Source: a virus
Taxonomy: Duplodnaviria; Caudoviricetes
DNA length: 56,988 bases
Strand: one strand, 5' to 3'
IMG/VR virus record: IMGVR_UViG_3300009012_000001
Coordinates: 1 to 56,988 of that record
Made by a program: the position numbers and the translations under genes
Notes under the pieces: generated by a model
Databases searched by the model: none
Told to the model about the DNA's origin: nothing
Seen by the model: the letters and a program-made list of their open reading frames with translations, nothing else
Part shown: positions 54,351 through 56,988 of the stretch, in pieces
How positions within the stretch are numbered: position 1 is the first letter of the stretch
Layout of the letters: each line of letters begins with the position of its first letter

Positions 54351-55325
54351 TTACAGCGTGGCGTTGATGAGGTACGCCAGGTTCGGCGCGATGATTTTCT
54401 CCTGTTGCCAGTACCCGGCGGCGATGACCTCGACCTTCGCGCCGGGGTCCGCGCCTTCGTACCGTTCCACGGCCATCGGCCCGGGCAACCCTTCGGGCGT
54501 CCACTGGAACGCCAGCCCGAACGTGGCCGTCTGCAGGCTCAGGCCGGGGACCACGCGCGCCAACAGGGCGTTGTTGCCCCAGATGTTGGTGATGGACGGC
54601 GTGGCCGCTTCCGGGGCGTTGTTCTTGATGCCCCGGCCCAGCAGGAGCGTGTCCACCATGAACACGGCGGACAGTTCCGCGTCGGTGAGGTAGCCGCCGC
54701 GCGAATACTTATACATGTCCAGCAGCAGCGGATGGCGCCGGACAATCATGTAGGTGTCCACGTCCAGCATCAGCGTGTTGGCCATCAATCCGGTGCGCTG
54801 GCGGATGAACGCGTGCCCCGAGGTGATGTCCGCGATGGGGTCGGAGTTGGGGTAGTTCGACCACGCCGTGGCGGACAACACGACGCCGCTGCCGAGGTTG
54901 CTGATGGACGTGACGAGGTTGGCCACGCGCACTTCCATGTCGCGCAGCAGGGCCTCGGTCACGATGCCGGTGGTGTTCTCGCGCAGGCGCAGGGCCGCGT
55001 CCGCGTTGGCGAGGTCTTCCAGGGCGTTCTCCCCAGCCAGCGCGTAGTTGTTGCAGTAGTACGCGTCGGAACTGACCTTCCATTCGACGCGGCGAGGCGA
55101 CGTCTTGGCCTCGCGCAGGGTAACGGGCACCTGGAGCCACGAGTTCGGGTCCAGGACGTAATACTTATTGGAACGGTTGATGACCGGCACGGGCGGGCAG
55201 ATTTTGGTGGCGAGGAAGTCTTCCGTGCTCTGGAACGCCTTCACCGCCACGTTCGTGAGCGGCACGTCCAGATGCGCGTCCCGCCCGGACACGGTGGTTT
55301 GGTAGACCCTCACGTCGCCGGGCAT
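54351..55325 (-). CDS. Major capsid protein
   Basis: HLDVPLTNVAV, PPVPV, WSNYPNSDPIADI, ANTLML, IWGNN, TFGLAF; strong RBS. Confidence 0.9.
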   Translation of the reverse strand: MPGDVRVYQTTVSGRDAHLDVPLTNVAVKAFQSTEDFLATKICPPVPVINRSNKYYVLDPNSWLQVPVTLREAKTSPRRVEWKVSSDAYYCNNYALAGENALEDLANADAALRLRENTTGIVTEALLRDMEVRVANLVTSISNLGSGVVLSATAWSNYPNSDPIADITSGHAFIRQRTGLMANTLMLDVDTYMIVRRHPLLLDMYKYSRGGYLTDAELSAVFMVDTLLLGRGIKNNAPEAATPSITNIWGNNALLARVVPGLSLQTATFGLAFQWTPEGLPGPMAVERYEGADPGAKVEVIAAGYWQQEKIIAPNLAYLINATL

Positions 55326-55406
55326 GTGCGTGTGTGCTCCTCCCTGATGGTGCGCGGTGCTCCCGCTTCGGCTCACGGGGAGGTCGTGCGGACTGCGCGG
55401 TGCGGC

Positions 55407-55793
55407 CTAGATGGCGCCGGCCCACCGGAACGGCGGGAAGATTTCGAACGTGTAGATGTTCCCCGTCGCCGTGGTGACGAGCGGACGCCCGAACACCATG
55501 TCGCCGGACCCCGCAGCCACGGCGCGGCCGGAGCCGTCCGTGGTGGCGAAGGCGTTCGCGGTGATGGTGCCGCCGGCGTAGACCTTGCTGAGGCCCAGGA
55601 TGCCGACGGTGACGTTCTCGCCGGGGTTCCCCGGTTTAGTCTGCGTGACCCCGCACAGGGCGGAGTCGGTCTTCAGCGACGCCACGTTCACGGTGTTCGC
55701 GGCCGCGAACCGGGCGAGGTGATACTGCGCGCCCGAGGCGAACCCGGACTGCACGACGAACGCCTCGGCCCAGATGATGTGCGCTTCGGCCAT
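55407..55793 (-). CDS. Capsid cement/decoration protein (DUF2190-like)
   Basis: GVTQTKP..GENVTV..LGLSKVYAGGTI..TDGSGRAV; lies between scaffold and MCP. Confidence 0.8.
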   Translation of the reverse strand: MAEAHIIWAEAFVVQSGFASGAQYHLARFAAANTVNVASLKTDSALCGVTQTKPGNPGENVTVGILGLSKVYAGGTITANAFATTDGSGRAVAAGSGDMVFGRPLVTTATGNIYTFEIFPPFRWAGAI

Positions 55794-55901
55794 GGTCTAT
55801 GTCCCCTTTCGACTCACGGGGAGTCGATGCGCCCGCGATGTGTGACAGGCACGGCACGGGCGGTTCTGCGTCGCGATGGCCTACGGGGGCGTGGGCGCAG
55901 T

Positions 55902-56988
55902 CTAACTGCGCGCGTAGGCGTCCTTCAACTGCGGGTCGGCCGCGAAGACCGCGGCCTGGATTTCCTTCACCTGCTTGATGGGGTCCATCTTGTGTTCCCG
56001 GGCGTAGTCGGCCATGCGCTTGGCCAGTTCGGCGCGCGCGTTGGCCTCGGGCGGCCGCTCCGGCCGGTCGACCAGGACGGTGGCCAGTTCGCCGTACAGC
56101 CGCCGCTTCTGGCGGTTGTGCCAGTCGGAAAACTCGCGCAGGATGTCCCGGACGTCCACGTCCTCCAGGACCGCGTCGGACCGGCCCTCCAGGTAGCGCG
56201 GGAACTTCTGCACGCGCGGCCCGCCGGTGGCGAAATCGTACAGCGGGACCAGGAACCGCTTCGGGATGGGCGCCTCGACCGTCGCGGCGAAGGACGCCAC
56301 GGCGGCTTGGCGTTCCATTTCTTTCCGCTCGGCTTCCTTGGCGGACAATTCCTTGATACGCGCCTCCTGCTGCTCGTACAGCCGGCGGTCGATGAGTTCG
56401 CTGCCGACGAAACGCGCCTTGAATGCATCCAGCGCCTTAGCCTCCAGCCCGAATTCCCGCTGCATCGCGGCGAGGATGGAGTCCAACACCGGTTCCTTGG
56501 GCTGCTCCTTCACGGGCGGCACGACGGCCGCCGCGGCGGCCGTCGTCGCGGTGGTGTTCGTGGTGCCAGTCGTGACCGTGTGGACCGTCTGGTCCGTCAT
56601 CGTCTTCGAATCCCCCTTCGCCGCGAAACAGGCTTCTTTCAGGCTGTTGCAGATGGCCCCCGGGTCGACCGGGGCGTCCCCGCCCGGTTTGGGCGGGTTG
56701 TCCATGCACCGGGTGCGGAACCCCTCCGCGTCCCCGTACTTGTCGCACAACCCGCGCAACATGGGTTCCGGGATGTTCTCCATCTGGAACGTCCCGTCCG
56801 CGTTGCGCGGCACCTTCAGTTCCGTGTACCGCAATTCCCGCATCTTCGCCGCGCATGGAGGGCACAGCGACTCCATCTCTGCGAGGGTGATGCGCCATTC
56901 CACGGCCTGCGTCATCGTCTTCCCCCCTTTTGCGTCGTCCCCCGCGGGGACCATGGTGACTTTTCCTCGGACCCCGTCGCCGAGTTCG
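55902..56988 (-). CDS. Prohead protease/scaffold, 3' (scaffold) part
   Basis: In frame with 1-803; coiled coil and terminal helix DPQLKDAYARS. Confidence 0.85.
   Translation of the reverse strand, partial: ELGDGVRGKVTMVPAGDDAKGGKTMTQAVEWRITLAEMESLCPPCAAKMRELRYTELKVPRNADGTFQMENIPEPMLRGLCDKYGDAEGFRTRCMDNPPKPGGDAPVDPGAICNSLKEACFAAKGDSKTMTDQTVHTVTTGTTNTTATTAAAAAVVPPVKEQPKEPVLDSILAAMQREFGLEAKALDAFKARFVGSELIDRRLYEQQEARIKELSAKEAERKEMERQAAVASFAATVEAPIPKRFLVPLYDFATGGPRVQKFPRYLEGRSDAVLEDVDVRDILREFSDWHNRQKRRLYGELATVLVDRPERPPEANARAELAKRMADYAREHKMDPIKQVKEIQAAVFAADPQLKDAYARS
56866..56988. repeat. Terminal direct repeat, copy 2
   Basis: Identical to 1-123. Confidence 0.97.

Larger units (their letters stand above)
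1..56988. mobile_element. Complete tailed phage genome, probably a temperate siphovirus with Mu-like head genes
   Basis: Terminase, portal, protease, capsid, tail tube, tape measure, endolysin and tyrosine recombinase present; no sheath gene seen; circular overlap. Confidence 0.95.

Noticed and set aside
1-56988. Transposable Mu-like phage
   Set aside because: Head and neck genes are Mu-like, but no DDE transposase or MuB is recognisable; a tyrosine recombinase is present

Overview
The window is a complete, circularly permuted genome of a GC-rich tailed phage. Bases 1-123 repeat exactly at 56866-56988, giving a unit length of about 56,865 bp. It is probably a temperate siphovirus with Mu-like head and neck genes but no Mu transposase, and an encoded outer-membrane beta-barrel points to a diderm host. 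The minus-strand late arm runs from about 8070 to 1 and continues from 56865 to 29854. It carries a ParB-methylase, terminases, a portal-gpF fusion, a protease/scaffold spanning the contig ends, capsid, accessory virion proteins, a sugar-synthesis/glycosyltransferase cluster, neck, tail and lysis genes. A leftward early arm (16872-8973) encodes a tyrosine recombinase, two tandem Y-RNA-like RNAs plus Ro60/TROVE, a Mom-like GNAT, a DNA methylase, a SLOG protein, a primase Zn-finger remnant and an HNH. A rightward early arm (17004-29826) holds many small genes in promoter cassettes sharing a TTCTACC motif. Main leads: (1) a GG-terminated ubiquitin-like protein followed by three tandem Cys-containing, possibly E2-like paralogs; (2) Ro60 with two minimal Y RNAs lacking a tRNA-like domain; (3) a probable virion-glycosylation pathway; (4) a 197-nt ORF-less group I intron in a tail-fibre gene next to a free-standing HNH; (5) a hairpin-stimulated -1 frameshift candidate in a non-tail gene; (6) an orphan structured RNA with its own promoter. 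All calls come from reading motifs by eye; no searches were run.
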